From NCBI GenBank assembly GCA_036172245.1, contig JAYWIR010000013.1:1736001-1800000 (forward strand): a stretch of 64,000 nt of DNA. The letters are read 5' to 3'. This document shows, piece after piece, positions 51,950 through 64,000 of the stretch. This DNA is from Raillietiella orientalis (Eukaryota). Position 1 is the stretch's first letter. Each line of letters begins with the position of its first letter. The position numbers and the translations under genes were made by a program. The notes under the pieces were generated by a model, which saw only the letters and a list, made by a program, of their open reading frames with translations, was not told the origin of the DNA and made no database searches.

Positions 51950-53150
51950 GGCCGCTAAGTCGCCCGTATGGCGGGAAGGACGCCTCCGTGTCGACGTTTC
52001 CCTGACGAGCCGGTCTCCTTTGGCCGCCGTCCAGACGCGACCCGGGCGGCGGTGCGCAGCCGAGCCTGCCGCCCGTCGCTGTCGCTCCTGCTTTTTGGTG
52101 CTTCTAGGAAGGAAAAAGCGATCCTCCAGGGAAGAGGGTGGAGGGTGGAAAGCAGCGGAGGGGAGGGAATGCAACAGGGCGGCAGAGTAGTGAACGCCGC
52201 TTCTCCGGACTGGTCTTTTTTTTCACCATCGCAACTCTGGGTTCGCCGCAGCACTGCTGCTGTTCTCAGCCAATGGTTTACGCACGCAAGCGCTTGAGCG
52301 CTCAGGCACAAGGACAGTCCTGCTTGAAGCGCAAGAGCGGATGCGAAAAGCGCACGTGGCAACCCGAGCACGTCTTCGTCAAGACGACGCGAACATGCCT
52401 CTGCTCCGCCGCCCGGTTTTTGCTCAGGGTGCGGGTGTCGACCCATGGGTCGGTGGGTTTTTTGGCGAGTTCCGGTTCACCTCAGGTGAGCGTTCTTTCC
52501 AGCGAGCGAGGGAGTCACTCCGGCCAGCCGAAGTCGGCCCAGACCCCGTAGAAGAACCTCCCGGCTTCCCGGGCCGGGCGTTCAGGACACTGCCCAACAC
52601 CGCGCCGCACCCTCTTCGACCCCGGTCAAGACCGTCCCGCCTCGCCCGCGAGCCCGTTTCACCTTGGGCACGCTCGCGGCCCCTGGCTCGGGAACACTTC
52701 CCGCATTGGCGACCCACCCAACGTGCGTCGTGACGGTCGGGGAGTCCAGCCGGCGGGGGCACCTTCTTCCCCTCCGCCGGAGATGCTCGCTGGCACTTTC
52801 GGCCGCCCGAGATGGCCCGAGGTGGGTCTCCTGGAAAGGAAGCGAGGGACCACGTGACCTCCTGGACCGCCTCCACCACTGCGTTGCTTGCGATCCGGGA
52901 CGTGCGGCCTTTTCGGTCTTCCGGCAGCTCCTCCTCGGTTCATGCCACGGAAGATCTTCCGTGGCATGAGTCGAGCTCCTTCTCGCTCGAACAGCCTCCT
53001 GTGCAAACGTTAGAAATGCCCGAGGGGTAATCAAAATCACCACAACAAACTGCCAGGGCGCGTGATGCTGTCCAGCCCCACGCACAAACAGACCGGATGA
53101 CGACGCGATCGTGGCAGGTCATCGATGGAGTTCTTCTGAAGGCACGTCGT
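51950..53150 (-). mobile_element. Degenerate LINE APE and RT fragments
   Basis: AVCCGDFDYP (GDFNYP) at ~53040, FKQDCP (GxRQGCP) at ~52320, LEDRFF at the FADD position at ~52120. Confidence 0.6.
52940..52969. repeat. Perfect 30-bp palindrome
   Basis: tcatgccacggaaga|tcttccgtggcatga, no spacer. Confidence 0.97.
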
Positions 53151-54699
53151 CTGCGGGAACCGAAGCGAGGGGTTCCTCGCAAACGGAAATTCAGTCGCCC
53201 ACAAACGTATTTACACGTTCATGTGTACAGTATTCCCGTAAAATGCGGATTCGTACAACGCGACTAAACAGCGGCGTTAGCACTCGTGGAACGCCGCGAA
53301 AGAATGGATACTGCACTTGTACAAGGCGGTAAACTAGCTCCGTACGACTCGGTGGGAAAGTTGAAGTTCCAGTGGCAAAGCATCAGTTCGGCTGCCTGCA
53401 AAAAGAATAGGAATAAGTGATTTCGGCACTTTGAATTGTATTTTGTTCGAAATCGGAAACTTCCAAGTCCGTTTGAAAAGTGCCGCTACCGCAGATATGA
53501 GAAGGAAACTCTCCCCCATGTGTTCAGTCGCTGTTCTTGTCATTTGAGCTCTTTGATAACCAAGAGGCAAAACTATGTCGCCGACTCCATCTTTGGTCTA
53601 TAATTTCCAAGATGGCTACCTCATCCCGTGACAGCAGGCTCGAGAATGCCGAGTCTGCACTTCGTCCTGACGTATTCCTTCGCGACAACTCCACTGCTGC
53701 CATAACAGCCACTGTTATTCCCCTTGAAAACTGTTATTCCTTTTTTTTTGGTCTGATAGCTTTCGAAAAGGCTAAGGAAAGCAAAATCATGAAATACTCA
53801 TGTTTAGGAAATGCCCTCCGTTCCCAAGCCCTCAACGTCATCAATGATGCTTTCGTTATTGGGAACTTGGGTTCCTGGGATTTCCTTAATGGAAAACTTT
53901 TAAAGTTCCTTGGTGTGGGCCAACATACACTAAAAGATACTGCAGCTCACCTATGCTGCTCCACCATTCAGTTTTCCAGAGACATTCACATCGCACACGC
54001 TACTACCCCTGCTCAAACCCTGATCTTCCTCCCTTATTCCCTCCTCCAACGCTCTCGAATTGATTACCTCCCCTTCAGGAGCACCGGTTCAAAATGAAGA
54101 CCCTAATTTTACAGCAACGATTGGTCAAAGTGTTGCCATTCTCACGTCTCTCGGAATTCCCTCTGGAAATCGCTGCTTCTGATCGTCCTTCGTCCTGGAA
54201 CTCCCTCCTCTCGTAACACAGGATTGTATAGAGCTTTGATGTTACGAGCCCCAGTGCATTCCCATGATGAATCTCATGTATTCCCCCCCGTTTAAGTGTT
54301 TAGATTAAGTAAGTGCCTAATTTGAGACGCAACCACGCAAGTTTTGGACAATATGCAAACTACTCTAAATTGTTTGAATTGTTTGAAGGTATTGTGTATC
54401 TTTGATATCAACTAAATCCCTTATGTAAGGGAACTCATATACATTCAATGACGAAATAAAAATTTACAGTTCAAAAGTGGAAAAAAAAAAATTCAGATTT
54501 CCATGAACAAAACAGCTCGAAAGACACGCACCTTCCAGCAAAGAGCGTGGCAGAGTCGAGTTGTCAACAAAACTCAAAGAACTTCTTTTCTCTTCAAGTT
54601 CCATCAATCATATTAATAGATGAACCCCGTCAATCTCTGATTTCTGTTTGTTCCCGGTGGAATTGCAAATATTCTACTGTTGTAATGTTCTACATCCCT

Positions 54700-54900
54700 T
54701 TTTTATCGTTTATAAATGTTATCCCATGACCCATGTGGAACCCATAGGGCTCGTATAACGCGAAGCATATCCGCCGAATCATGCTGGGGGAGGGGTCACA
54801 TTGTATTTATCCGCAACTGCTTGACCTATTATGTTTGCTTGACCTATTGTGCTGCTATTAGGTTTGCTGACGATCGCACTCTATCAAAGATCCTGATGAA
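54700..54900 (+). mobile_element. Small non-LTR RT core fragment (FADD)
   Basis: AAIRFADDRTL at ~54850-54885, preceded by a decayed GxPQGS-like stretch. More AT-rich than the main family. Confidence 0.45.
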
Positions 54901-55869
54901 AAATGACTTCCCCAAGGGAGCACCCAATCTTTGCCTATGTAGGCGCACGCTCAGGCATCCTTCTCTGATTCGCCTCTTCCCCTCTTTGCGGGGGGCGTTT
55001 CCGGTGAGCAGGAGCACCACCGCCTCTCGGGTGCCTCTTCCAGCACTCGCAGCCCCCGACGCGCGTGCGCTACTCGGGAGAAAATCGGGTCCTCTTTGAT
55101 GCGCGCGCGCGCGGTTCGGAATTCCGGACGGCCGTTTATCCGGAAGGACGGTCGCACCTGCCTGTCTCGGCGAACCTGTTCTTTGAGTCTTTTTTTCCTT
55201 CCTCGCTCGTTTCGTCCTCGGTCCCGGACGCGACCAGCCTTTTCGTCGTAACTCACCGCAGGCTGCTTCGGATTCTTGGTCGGCTCCCGATCGCTGAAGA
55301 GGTCCGCGAGGCTCGGAGTGCGTCGGAAAAGAGAGAGGGAGAGAGAAAGGGAAAACTCTTGCCACAAAGGCTGGCGCTCTTCTGTGCTTCTCTGCCTCTC
55401 CGATCCCAGGAAAAAACTTGCCTCTTTTTTCCTGCACCCACTGAGGGAAAAGAATTTCTTTTTTCCTAGAGTGACCGTTCACCCCGGGTGAGTTCTATGA
55501 GCAGAGGTCTTTACCTTTTCCATCCTGTTTCGTACTTCGTCTCAGAAGACGCACTCCGCGAAGAGGAACATTCCGACGGCGTTCCTCTTCGGACGAGCGC
55601 GGCAGAAAGCTGCAGCGCAGCGCTGGAACCAGGTGGCAAGAGCATCCGGCGAGACGGGCGCGGAGGGGAAGCGCTCGCGCCACCCGCCGGGCAACCCACA
55701 CGCATCCGCCACGGTGTGTCGTTGCCGTGCTTTCTGTTGCGTCCCCCGTATCGCGTCCGGTGCCCCCGAACGGGCCCGTCTTTCTCTCCAGAGGAGAACT
55801 CCGTTCCTTGCATGGGGATCCTCGTTCCCCTGTCCTGAGTGGAGGTCCGGATGCGAACTTGGGATTGAA

Positions 55870-56130
55870 CACCACGGCCACGGTCGCCACGCGTTGGCGG
55901 CGTGGTTCGCGAGTGACATAGAGCGTCGCGGGTTCGAATCCCGCTAGCATCGACGACGCCAAAAAATGGGACCCCTGTGAGTTCTGTGTCCTCCCTCCCC
56001 CCGAAGGATGGAGCTGGTTGGTCTATTCGGGTGTGCGGCACTGTTTGCAGCCGTATGCCTCCTGTAGACTGGCCAGGATTGGAAATCGACCCTTCGGGGT
56101 CCTTCCAGGACATCAAGGAGCCGGTTCCGT
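55870..56130 (+). repeat. Dispersed repeat copy with the best tRNA-like head (A box plus perfect T-arm)
   Basis: TGGCGGCGTGG at 55895. gcggg-ttcgaat-cccgc at 55928-55944. No complete cloverleaf. Confidence 0.7.
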
Positions 56131-56149
56131 TGCAGGATTTGTTCGAAGA

Positions 56150-57330
56150 AATTCAGGAGCGAATCTCTCCGGGGATCCTCCGGAGGAAAGGTGGAAGTGG
56201 TTTTCGTCGGGATTCCTTTCGGAGACAACCACCTTGGCGAAGGAGAACGGCAGCACGGCCCGCCAACTCCAGCGTCTGGCTGGAGGGAACAGTTGGCACA
56301 TGAGCGGGGATGGAGGAGCAGAGCTCCGAAGAATAGAACTGCTTGCCACTCGGCATCTGCACCTGCTGCTCGCTCCGGAAGATCCTGCCTGGAGTGTCCC
56401 GGCAAGAGCACACGAGCGGAGCGCGGACCTCCCTCGCGGCAACGACGCCCTTCTTGGGAAGGGCACTTGGCAGCAGCAGCCAACCGCTCAAAAGGTGGGG
56501 AGTCTCCTGCGAGATCGCAGGCAGGCGGAACCTGATGAGAAGATGAATCATGGGGCAGCTGGCGGATGCTGCGACCCTGAATGCCCTTCCACGAGGACTA
56601 CAGCGCTGGGGCGAGCTGCTTGGCACTCAATCAGAAGACCTGGAGTGGCTCCCAGTGCTCAAGGATAGCAGCGCCCTCCTTTTGAAGCGGCAGGAGTCGA
56701 CACTTATGCTGTTGTACTGTGGTCTCTCATGCAACGCACGGCGACATCTCTGGGTCCAGGGGATGGGGCTGAGTCTGGACTGTCGCAGGTGCGGGGAACG
56801 GGAATCCCCCCTCCCGTACCTGCTTGCGAACTGCGTTGTCTCCGATCCCCGCGGGAGCATTTTGAGGCGACCCTGCGGACCCCGGTCGGCAACCAGAGGG
56901 ACGTTTTACGGCTACTCTTTGTGCGGGACGTCCTGCAGCCAGCCGCAGTCCCAGAAGCTCTCTGCTGCATCCGCGGGACTGCGACGACCTGGAGCGAAGC
57001 CGACAGAGGAGCAAACGGGAGAGACGCCGTCCGGTTTCCAGTTCACTTTCTGCAGATGGTGGCGTCAGATGGCTACAGCTGGGACCTATTTGGAAGGACC
57101 TAGCCGGCATTTTGGGAAGGATGCAGAGAACTTCCTGCAGGGGACAGGAATCCCCTCCTTCTCCTCCCCAAGATTTTCATTTATTATTATTTTACCCTTC
57201 CTTTTTCTTTTTGTCTTCTCTTCTCCTCCTCCGCTGCCGAGGTGACCCCCGCCGGGCTGCGCACCGGCGGCCTGGCAGGTCCGTGAATAAACAGAGTGTG
57301 GTAGGACCACGCATTCTGCCACAGTATGTG
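56150..57330 (+). mobile_element. Degenerate L1/Tx1-like LINE 3' half with structured 3' UTR
   Basis: VFVGIPF (KYLG), WHMSGDGGAELRRIEL (LSxxGRxxLIKSVL), GQLADAATLNAL, GLSCNARR..CRRCGERESPLPYLLANC, hairpins at 57234-57323. Confidence 0.75.
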
Positions 57331-57394
57331 AGGTTATTTTTAATCTTAATAAATGCTCCGGCGTGTTCAGGTGGGGATCGGAGAGGAAATGAGA

Positions 57395-57640
57395 AGCGGC
57401 CCCGTCAGGGGGCCCCTCCGGAGAGAACAAGGAAGAGGTTCTTCCTTTCGAGGTTTCCTTCGGGGACAACCAGGGCCAGGGTTCCCTTCAGAGTTCTCCG
57501 GTTGTTCAAAGGGGGCAGTTGGAGGGGAGAGGGGGGAAACGCCACGTTCCCCAGAGCTGGTTGATACTTCCGCCAGGGAGTTGCCCTGCAGCGTGTCAGA
57601 AGGCGCGCTATTCCCTTCGGAGAGGGTCCTCCAGTGAAAG
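57395..57640. repeat. Dispersed repeat family copy C (CTTCGG-rich part)
   Basis: cccctccggagagaacaaggaagaggttcttcctttcgagg matches 3449-3490. Confidence 0.7.
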
Positions 57641-57849
57641 TGGGAGGTTTGCGGGTTCCGCGGTGGCCGCTCTTGCTGCGGCCCCTCGCTCGGCTCGCGC
57701 GCGCGAGTCGGCGTTCCCAGTCTCGGCCGCGGCGGATTCTCCGCTGCGCGCGCCACTCGCCACGGGCACCGAACAAGCGCCCTCGCGTGTTTGGCCCCGG
57801 CCGCAAAAGGCGATCTGCCTTTTTCCCTTCCCGGCGATTGGGTTCCTGC

Positions 57850-60600
57850 TAGGCCGCTCCCCTGGTTCGCAGGTTCTTGGACATCCTGTCCGGGAGCGAT
57901 GGGGACGCCGACACTCCGAGGAGTCCGGAGTTCACCGTCCCTGCGACCTCGCTTCCGGACGTCGGAAGGCGTGAGGGCGTGCGGGAGGGCATCCCGGCAA
58001 ATGCGAACCGGGACGCTTCTTCAGCTCTCTCCTGCCCATCTTCCCTGGTGAGGCCAGGAGTTCCGGATCCCGCAAGATCGAACCCCCTGCAAGCGCTTCG
58101 TTCCGGGAAGAAGCGACCGCAGGAGGGAAGGAAGGACTCTTCGCGCGCATTTTCCTGCAGGAGCGGCTGGAGTTTTCTGACTTCCTCGCGCACGTGCAGA
58201 CCTCCATTTGCCCGCTGTCGCCCGCGGCGCTCTGGCGCCTGGCAAACGGAAGAAGAAAAGCTTGCCATTATCTTTGGCTTGGAGGGTTTTCTGGTTTCCG
58301 CTCGTTCCCGCGGCAACCGCAGACGAGAACAGCAAAAAAATAAACGCACACACACATCCGAGATACACGCATCAATTCCCGGTAAGTGGTCCACGGGGCT
58401 TAGCAGCAAAATTACCCTTCCCCGGTTTTCCGCCCGCTGCTCTATACAGCGGAAAACCGCGGAAGAAGAAGGGAAAGGAGAAGAAGCGCTGGGAGCGAAA
58501 TGCAGCACCCACGGGGCCTTGCGGCGGCGCTGCTCCCAGCGAAGGTCCTGAACCCATTTCCCTCTCTGGCTCTCTCGAAGAGCCTACGGTAGCCTCTTCG
58601 GGAGAGCCTCCTGAGAATGGACCCAGGAAGGCAGACTTCGGATCCCACGGAGCGTGAGCGGCAACGAGGCGTCTCGGGACGAACGCAGCGGCGCGGAAGG
58701 CTCCCGCGCCATTCACCACCAACGCAGCGAGCGCTCGAGAAAAAGGACGCCGGGAAGCCCGGCGCGATGGCATGCGCCGCGCCCAAAAGCAGGACTGACC
58801 TCTCTGGACAGCGGAGGAAGAGAAGGGGTAGCATTCAGCAAGAAATTAAATGGGGAGAGGGATCGACGGGCAATGAGGTGCTGAACACGATTCCCGAGGG
58901 CCTAGTTGGGGTGAGGGGGCGAGGGGAAGGAAGCTAGCCTTCCCACGATCGCCCTGGCACCCCACGTCCCTGGTTGGACCGTTTTGTCGCCCTCCGCATG
59001 CAGGGGATGGCGACTGCGAAAGTCTCCGGTGGGCGGCGCACTTGGAGTCCGTGGCACCTCGAAGATGCGCTTCTCTCGTTGACCCAGCTGTCCACCTCCA
59101 AGGAGCGCATGCTTGAGGGCTGCCACTACCCTTCGGGTAGGTGCACCCTTGGCTCCCTTTTTCTGCTGAGGCGGTGGCGAAGTTCCTCGTTCCAGGGGAG
59201 GTCACGGTGCACCAGCAAGATAGCGGTCCGCTGGTAACGTGGAGGGAGGACGCAGGTCTCGATCAGGAAGTCCGTGTTCTTGGAGTTCCTCCTGGAAATT
59301 CCGAGCAGCCCGATCCATCCTTGCGTCCCCGAGGTGGGGCTTGGCTTCCGATCGTCTCCTCCCGGAGAGCGTTCCACTGCAGGAAGGGTTTGGTGGCTCC
59401 TGCTATTCGTCAGGTCACCTCCGATGCTGCAGTAGTGCGCCGCACCTCCTCATTTGACTGATGATGGTCCCGCAGTGAGGGCGAGAGGTTGAAGCTGCCC
59501 GGCCGAACGGGATTAGCATTGCTGGGGTTGCGAAGGCTAAAGCTGGGGCCAATAGGGTTTCAAAGTGTCACGAGGACCTTCTACTAGGACCGTTCGATGC
59601 TGGGCTTCAGCAGGAACGGACCTACTCGATCGCGCTCTACCTCGTTTCGTGGTGCCGCTGTTTATCGTCCCTCGCTGAGCATCGCGTTTCCCACGGCAAC
59701 CGCGGCTCGCTTCGTTCCTTGGCGCGCCCTTATCCTTTGGGTGATTTTGTTTCGCGCTCGAGACCTTCTTTCACTTCCCGCCATGGAGAAGAGTTTCTCC
59801 AGGGGAATCTGGGCTGTTTCTGGGAGTGCGGGAAGCGGGGAGGGGGGCGGAGGCGCACGGAGCTTTCCGACACCGGAGACTCGTCTCACCTTAGGGAACG
59901 TCCAAAAGGGTGTATTCCTCGAGGTTGCCAAGGAGGGAGGCGAACTCGGGAAAGAGGAGGAGAAGGTACGTCCTTCTCAACAGGAAACCAAAAGCGGCGA
60001 AAGAGTCCGCTCACGCCGGACTTGAGAGCTGCATGCTGAGCGGAACCGGACAGCCCGCTATTGAGCGCTGCCGGGAAAGGAGTGACAGGAGCGCGGTAAC
60101 TCGCTCTCGAGCGTCCTTCTCTTCCAGGGAGAGGCGGTGGCGTGAGGCAGATGGGCTTCAGCTTGCTGGACTGGCGGGTAGAGCGGCGCCACCGTCGCAC
60201 ACGATACGGCGGCATCCCTCGCACCTTGCAGAACACCCGAGTTGCGCATCTGCCGATGTCAATCTCGGCTCATCCCGGAGTTTCATCCTAAGATTTCACC
60301 TTCTATCTCCGTGAACGCCCCTGAGGCAGGTTTTCCGGTATTTTTCGATTCATGTGGATTCCCACTCCTACCTTCCAAGGAGTCCCGAGGTCAAGTTCCA
60401 GGATTTCCCATCCACGCGCTGCCCTATACAGCGGGCGCCGGAAGAGGGTTCTCCGCCTGGAGTTTCCCAAATGCTCTCCAGCAGCTTCTGCAAGAAAGCC
60501 CGTTTCTGAGGAAACCCTCCTGCAGGGTTCCGGAAAGAACCGCTTGTTCTTAGGGATCAGCTTGAGGAGTTCGCGATGGCTTATCCGCTGATCCAAGCAG
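57850..60600 (+). mobile_element. Degenerate LINE 5' half (ORF1-like, APE)
   Basis: SNPLQAL and EVRVLGVPP are ORF1-like. AVYRPS and LGDF (APE) at 59655-59750. Confidence 0.5.
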
Positions 60601-61649
60601 TCATCGTCTTCGCTTCGGTCTTAGCCAGGGGGGAGAGCCGCTGTCGTCTCCAGTCTCGGGTCCTGCGGCAGCAGGGGTCATCGTGCTGTTGCAGACGGAG
60701 TGGCGTCCGCGCCTCTCAAGAATCTCCATAGGAGTCCCCGCGACGGACCTCTCTGCACAAGTCCTTCCAGAGGGAGGGGGGGGGGCGCCCTCTCCCCGCG
60801 AGGACCATTGAAGACCGCGTCCTGCGCGGGGCGCTTTTGCGCGCTGGGGGACTTTTCGAGGGGGTCCCTCGAGGGTTGCCCAGCAACTGTCGGTCTGTCC
60901 ACGCTCGGAGGGACCGGAGCGGGGGCGAAGGCGCAGGAGATGCGCAGTGCGGAAGAGAGGGCGTTCTCGTCGCACGCTCCCAGGCGCTGAGCCCCTCGCA
61001 CCCCGGATGGAAAGGGACATCCGGAGACGTGGGGAGCTGGCGACTCCCAGATCTCCTCTGCACCCTGGACGGAGTCTCGACCCGGCGGTCTGGAGCGAGA
61101 GATGTCCACCGGGGAGTGGGGGCCTGCTCTTGAGAGAAGGCATCAGCAGCTTCTGAGGCTCCAAGGCAACGGGGGGGGGGGAAGCTGAGAACCGAAGAGA
61201 GACCCTTCACTTTTCCTCCGACCCAAGCGCTCGCCGTAGGGCTCTCGGGATACCTGGAGGCGGGGAAATGAAAGGGGGTGCCGACGGAGCTAAAGACGCC
61301 TCGGAAACAAGTGGTAGGAGAAGCACTTAGGGGGAGGAGGGTCTGTGGGAAAGGTCACCCCCGGAGGAAACGGTGGGGAACTCGGGAACATCTGAACCGC
61401 TGAGAACGTCCGGACGAGGCGGGGTGGTCTGAAGTCACGCGTGGGGACTCCACGTGCCAGGAGAGGAAGAGTTTCCGACTAAGCGCCCACCCCATCCTTG
61501 TCGTGGAGCACCCGGGTCGAGGGAGCGCCGCGCCTACCCTCGGGCGGCCTCGGGGCGTTTCCTGTTCCACGGAGGACTCTTCTTCGCAAGAGGAGAGGGA
61601 TTCGTGTGGCGCGACCCGGCCTTCCAACTGAACCGGAAACAGCGCTCGT

Positions 61650-62050
61650 TTCCTGGCTTCAATAAACAGGCAAAGGTAGTGTGGTAGGACTGTCTCTCTG
61701 TATGTCTACTGTCGAAGAATCTGCCCCGAACCGACACGCAGACCGGCGGGGGTCTCATCGACAGCACGGGGTAAGAGGGGGGGAGGGAAGGCTCAGCGGA
61801 GCAAACGAAAAGAAAAATTAAATAAAAATAAATAGAAAAACACTCTTTGTATATGGGGGGAAGGGGGGTTCGGGAAGGGATCGCTGCCTGCTTTGGGGCG
61901 TCCTCGGCAACCTCCTAAGGATGACGGCAAGTTCAGGCTGCGTGCTTTTCAGATGGAGTCATCTCGGCGCCATCCTCAAGAAACAGACTGCAGATCGGAT
62001 GGCATTCCTGTCGTTCTCGCCTCTCTTGACTGCGTTCCGGGCAGCCACAA
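61650..62050 (-). mobile_element. LINE 3' end fragment
   Basis: Reverse complement shows a T-rich tract, a C-rich tract and ccgccggtctgcg, shared with 62380-62450. Confidence 0.55.
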
Positions 62051-62269
62051 TCCCGCGTTCCGACGCCCGGCAAGTTCCCCGTTCTTCGATTGAAGGCTGC
62101 CTACGGAGGAGGCGGCATCGGCGGTGGCCGTCAACTTCCCCAAGTGCCGCTTTCCCACGAACCTGCGAGGTGCATCATCCCGACCGACCGAGTTCACCCA
62201 GGTGTCTGCTGGAGAGGAGCGGAACTCGACTTGGAGTACAAGGGCGGACTGTGTAAACCCGACGTTGCC

Positions 62270-63900
62270 ACCCGGTCACGTCCGGGGCGTTCACTGAAAC
62301 AACAAACCTACAACTGTTGTGGTGGGACACGTGGCCCTACCACGTCCAGTTCTACAACATGTCTGCCGGGTCGCCGCCGGTATGCAGACCGGCGGGATAT
62401 CCTCGGCAGAAGTGGGGAGGGGGAAAATACAAAAATAAAAAAAGTAAATAAATAAATGTAAAATAAATACTTATGTATCTATTTTACATTTATTTATGAA
62501 GCCTCTGAGATGGATCACGAAGGGATCACTGCCTGCTGGCGGGCGTCCTCTGCGCCCCTTCCAGGATGCCGGCTAGGTCCTTCCGGATAGCTCCCTGGGG
62601 GGTCACTTTGCGGCCATCCACAGAATGCGGAGTGCATAGTCGATTGGGTCCCCTTCGTTCGCTCCTGCTTCAGCGTCGCCCCAGACCTCCACGATCCCGT
62701 GGATGCAGCAAAGTGCTGCTGGGCATGCGGCTCGCGGAAGAGCACCCCGCACGAAGAGTCACAAAACGTCCCTGGGGCTGCTGATCGCAGGGACGCCTCC
62801 CCTTAAAATACCACATGGACCGGAGTGCGGCACAGTCCTCGCGAGCAGAAGCGGGAGGGATTCCCGTTCCTCTCACTGGACCTGGGAGTCTGGGCTCGCG
62901 CTACTCAGTGCCCAGTGACCTCGGCAAGCGCTGCAAGGAAGACTCTAGTGCAGCAGCAAAAGTGCTGGATCCCGCCACTTCAGGGGGAGCGTAGGCTCGG
63001 CAAAGGAAAGCGGGGCGCAGGCATCCTTCCGGGACGCGGGAACACAGGTCTTTTGCGCATTTTTCCCGGACCCCTCGAGAACGGGAAGCAAATGAAAAAC
63101 AAAAACGGGAAGGAGGCAGGGCGGATTCGTTTCAGGTTTCGCTTCTCTGAGTGCAGCCTGGAGCAGTGACGAACGCGCGCGCTAAAGCCAACACGGCGTC
63201 GAATCCAAAGAGACCCAAAAGGCAGAGCAGCAGCATCGGACACAAGGCCACATCCTCACCCTGAAGCCACATCCGCTCAGGAAATTGCTCCAGGGCGGGG
63301 TGTATTGGCCTTCTGGGACAACAAAAACTGGACTCCAGGCGGGCATCACCCGTGATGCGGGCCAACGTCGGACAGCATCCGATCCGGGCTGCTCCGGGAA
63401 GCGCGCCGGATCGGATCACGAGGCGAGGAGACCTGTCTGCCTGCTCCGGTCTCTTCGCTTCACGCTCTCCAGGGAGTTCCTCGTCCTGGAACCCGAATCG
63501 GGAGCGCACTCGCTGCCCTCTCCGGTTCACGCTCCGACGGCGGTGGTGGCAAGGAACGTCGCGTAGGAACGTCACGTAACAGTTCCTTTGCAAGGCGCGG
63601 CCCACCTGGTGCGGTTCCCATCTTTCGGAGTGGACCGGGGCAGCGGATGCCGTCGAGTGCACCTCAAGAAAAACGCGGGTCCGGAAAAACAATGGAGCCG
63701 GTGGGCAAGACGACATCCATTGTTTCCATCTTTCCTTGCTGACAGCGCGGTCATTACGGTTGCGTCCACTCTTCTCTGATATGTCAAAGGGCGATTTCTC
63801 CTTCCGCGCGGGAAGGGGGAGTGGCGGACAGGGCGGCACTTTCCCCTCCGAGGCACGGGCGTCACGAAGTAGCACCGGGTGGGGAGGGATGGGGGGGGGG
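62270..63900 (-). mobile_element. Degenerate L1/Tx1-like LINE RT to 3' UTR
   Basis: EKSPFD (EKAFD) and GNNGCRLAHRL (GxRQGCPLSP). The C-terminal region is homologous to 56730-57160 (shared ggaaggacctagccggcat). 3' hairpins at 62319-62409. Confidence 0.7.
62448..62497. repeat. AT-rich palindrome, 23-bp arms, 4-nt loop
   Basis: ataaataaatgtaaaataaatac-ttat-gtatctattttacatttatttat, one mismatch. Confidence 0.9.
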
Positions 63901-64000
63901 GATGACACACACCACTGTAGAGGCAAAGCTCGCCGTTCCATTCTCGAAGGGGAAGGGAGGGGGGGCGGGACGTGGAGAAACAGAAACGGCCGGCACGACA

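Noticed and set aside
55885..55955. Functional tRNA gene
   Set aside because: The T-arm and A box are present but there is no acceptor or anticodon stem; it is part of a dispersed repeat.
62270..62410. DIRS internal complementary region
   Set aside because: Associated coding relics are APE, LINE-type RT and CCHC; no tyrosine recombinase motifs seen.

Overview
Eukaryotic genomic DNA, probably arthropod. One intact gene is clear: a minus-strand cohesin subunit SA/stromalin (STAG1/2 family, about 31.3-38.1 kb), with 15 coding exons and 12 mini-introns of 39-63 nt, in an AT-rich, CpG-poor island. The flanks are transposon relics. GC-rich, CpG-rich fragments of an L1/Tx1-like LINE family occur in both orientations at 0-16 kb and 41-64 kb (ORF1 knuckle, APE, RT, C-terminal CCHC, structured 3' UTR). 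Two decayed BEL/Pao pol regions lie at 19.5-26 kb, and a possible Transib-like remnant at 30 kb. Unusual structure includes a repeat family with a tRNA T-arm/B-box motif and CTTCGG-rich repeats, compensatory 3' hairpins in the LINE, and young inverted repeats (arms 15-380 bp) inside otherwise ancient sequence. Transposon calls rest on motifs recognised by eye in frameshifted sequence, and their boundaries are approximate. No prokaryotic system, CRISPR array or intact transposon was found.
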